Positions 62,983 to 64,000 of a stretch of 64,000 bases of DNA are shown one piece after another (within the stretch, counting starts at the first letter, position 1; each line of letters begins with the position of its first letter). The DNA comes from Vicinamibacterales bacterium (GTDB taxonomy: Bacteria > Acidobacteriota > Vicinamibacteria > Vicinamibacterales > UBA8438). The stretch is taken from assembly GCA_963662835.3 (NCBI GenBank), contig CAXXVU020000002.1:3361327-3425326 (forward strand). The letters run 5' to 3'. The position numbers and the translations under genes are program-made. The notes below the pieces were generated by a model. That model was not told the DNA's origin and searched no databases. It saw nothing but the letters and a program-made list of their open reading frames with translations.

Positions 62983-64000
62983 TCAGCTCCCCTTCGCTTC
63001 CTGGATGGCGCGCCACACCCGCTCGGGCGTGAACGGCATGTCCACGCGCTTGACGCCGAGCGGTCTCAGCGCGTCCATCACGGCGTTGTAGACGGCCGCC
63101 GTCGATGCGATCGTGCCCGCCTCGCCGATGCCCTTGACGCCCAGCGGATGGTGCGGCGAGCGGGTCACGGTCGAGATGACGTCCAGGTCCGGCAGCCGGT
63201 CGGCGCGCGGCAGCGCGTAGTCGAGCATCGACCCGGTGACGAGCTGTCCGCTGTCGTCGTAGGCGGCGCCTTCCCACAGCGCCTGTCCGACGCCCTGCAC
63301 GATGCCGCCGTGCACCTGTCCCTCGACGATGACGGGGTTGATCTGCGGGCCGCAGTCGTCGAGCGCCGTGTAGCCGGTCAGCTCGACCTGCCCCGTGCTC
63401 GCGTCGACCTCGACCACCGCGAGGTGGGCGCCGTAGGGGAAGACGAAGTTGGGCGGATCGTAGAAGGTGGACGCCTCGAGGCCGGCCTCCATCCCCTCCG
63501 GCAGATCCCAGGCGACGTTGGCCATCAGGGCGATGTCCTGGATCGTCTTCGCCTTGTCGGGCGAGCCCTTGACGAAGAACCTGCCGTCCTCGTAGTCCAT
63601 GTCCTCGACCGACGCTTCGAGCAGGTGCGCGGCCAGCACCTTCGCCTTGTCGCGGATCTTGCGCACGGCCAGCGCCAGCGCCGCCCCGCCCACCGCGGTG
63701 GTGCGGCTGCCGTAGGTGCCCCAGCCCATCGGGGTGGAGTCGGTGTCGCCGTGGAAGATCTTGACGTCGCCGGCGTCGACGCCGATCTCGCTCGCCACGA
63801 TCTGCGCGAAGGTCGTCTCCTCGCCCTGCCCGTGCGGCGACGCCCCGATGAAGACGTGCACCTTGCCGGTCGGGTGGAAGCGGACGATGGCGCTCTCCCA
63901 CAGCCCGCCCTGGAAGCCGATGGCCCCGGCCACCTGCGACGGTCCGAGGCCGCAGATCTCGACGTAGGAAGTGAGCCCGAGCCCGAGGTGCTTCCCGTTG
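62983..64000 (-). CDS. coxL: Molybdopterin-binding large subunit (CoxL/XDH family), C-terminal part only; it continues beyond the window
   Basis: ...GEETTFAQIVA...GTYGSRTT...PLGVKGIGEAGTI...MPFTPERVW... is typical of the C-terminal domain. The active-site loop that separates form I from form II is outside the window. Confidence 0.85.
   Translation of the reverse strand, partial: NGKHLGLGLTSYVEICGLGPSQVAGAIGFQGGLWESAIVRFHPTGKVHVFIGASPHGQGEETTFAQIVASEIGVDAGDVKIFHGDTDSTPMGWGTYGSRTTAVGGAALALAVRKIRDKAKVLAAHLLEASVEDMDYEDGRFFVKGSPDKAKTIQDIALMANVAWDLPEGMEAGLEASTFYDPPNFVFPYGAHLAVVEVDASTGQVELTGYTALDDCGPQINPVIVEGQVHGGIVQGVGQALWEGAAYDDSGQLVTGSMLDYALPRADRLPDLDVISTVTRSPHHPLGVKGIGEAGTIASTAAVYNAVMDALRPLGVKRVDMPFTPERVWRAIQEAKGS

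Overview
This is a visibly GC-rich bacterial chromosomal segment. I found no rRNA genes and no CRISPR array. All calls come from reading the sequence and the ORF track by eye. Family names are recalled motif matches, not database hits, and coordinates were counted manually.

Conserved blocks:
- furA-katG
- three tandem paralogous small secreted proteins
- a cytochrome-c/PQQ dehydrogenase
- a Zur box with zur-amidohydrolase, facing a divergent deacetylase/MerC-like operon
- a ligD/ku NHEJ pair
- a coxL-M-D-E-G type cluster

Decayed accessory DNA between these blocks:
- A Tn3 transposase fragment ends at an odd (TAGC)n all-frame-stop stretch.
- Two unrelated IS21-family elements are present. One splits a TonB-dependent receptor with an 8-bp target duplication. 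The other sits at the centre of a diverged inverted repeat of about 370 bp per arm.
- An IS1182-family IS has an 8-bp duplication.
- A 160-bp MITE is present three times.
- There are three tRNA genes (Lys-CTT, Arg-CCG, Arg-TCG) and three partial tRNA copies that mark island remnants.
- Two truncated paralogous integrases lie next to the two tRNA-Arg genes.
- Many genes are frameshifted or truncated.

Best candidates for something new:
- an ABC-ATPase plus minimal Toprim-like operon inside a 4.1-kb island bounded by tRNA-Arg 5'-half repeats
- a shared C-terminal triple HxxELR module on two adjacent secreted enzymes
- the tandem triplicated secreted-protein family downstream of katG
- GGGTAGTT iteron-like arrays
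- the MITE family
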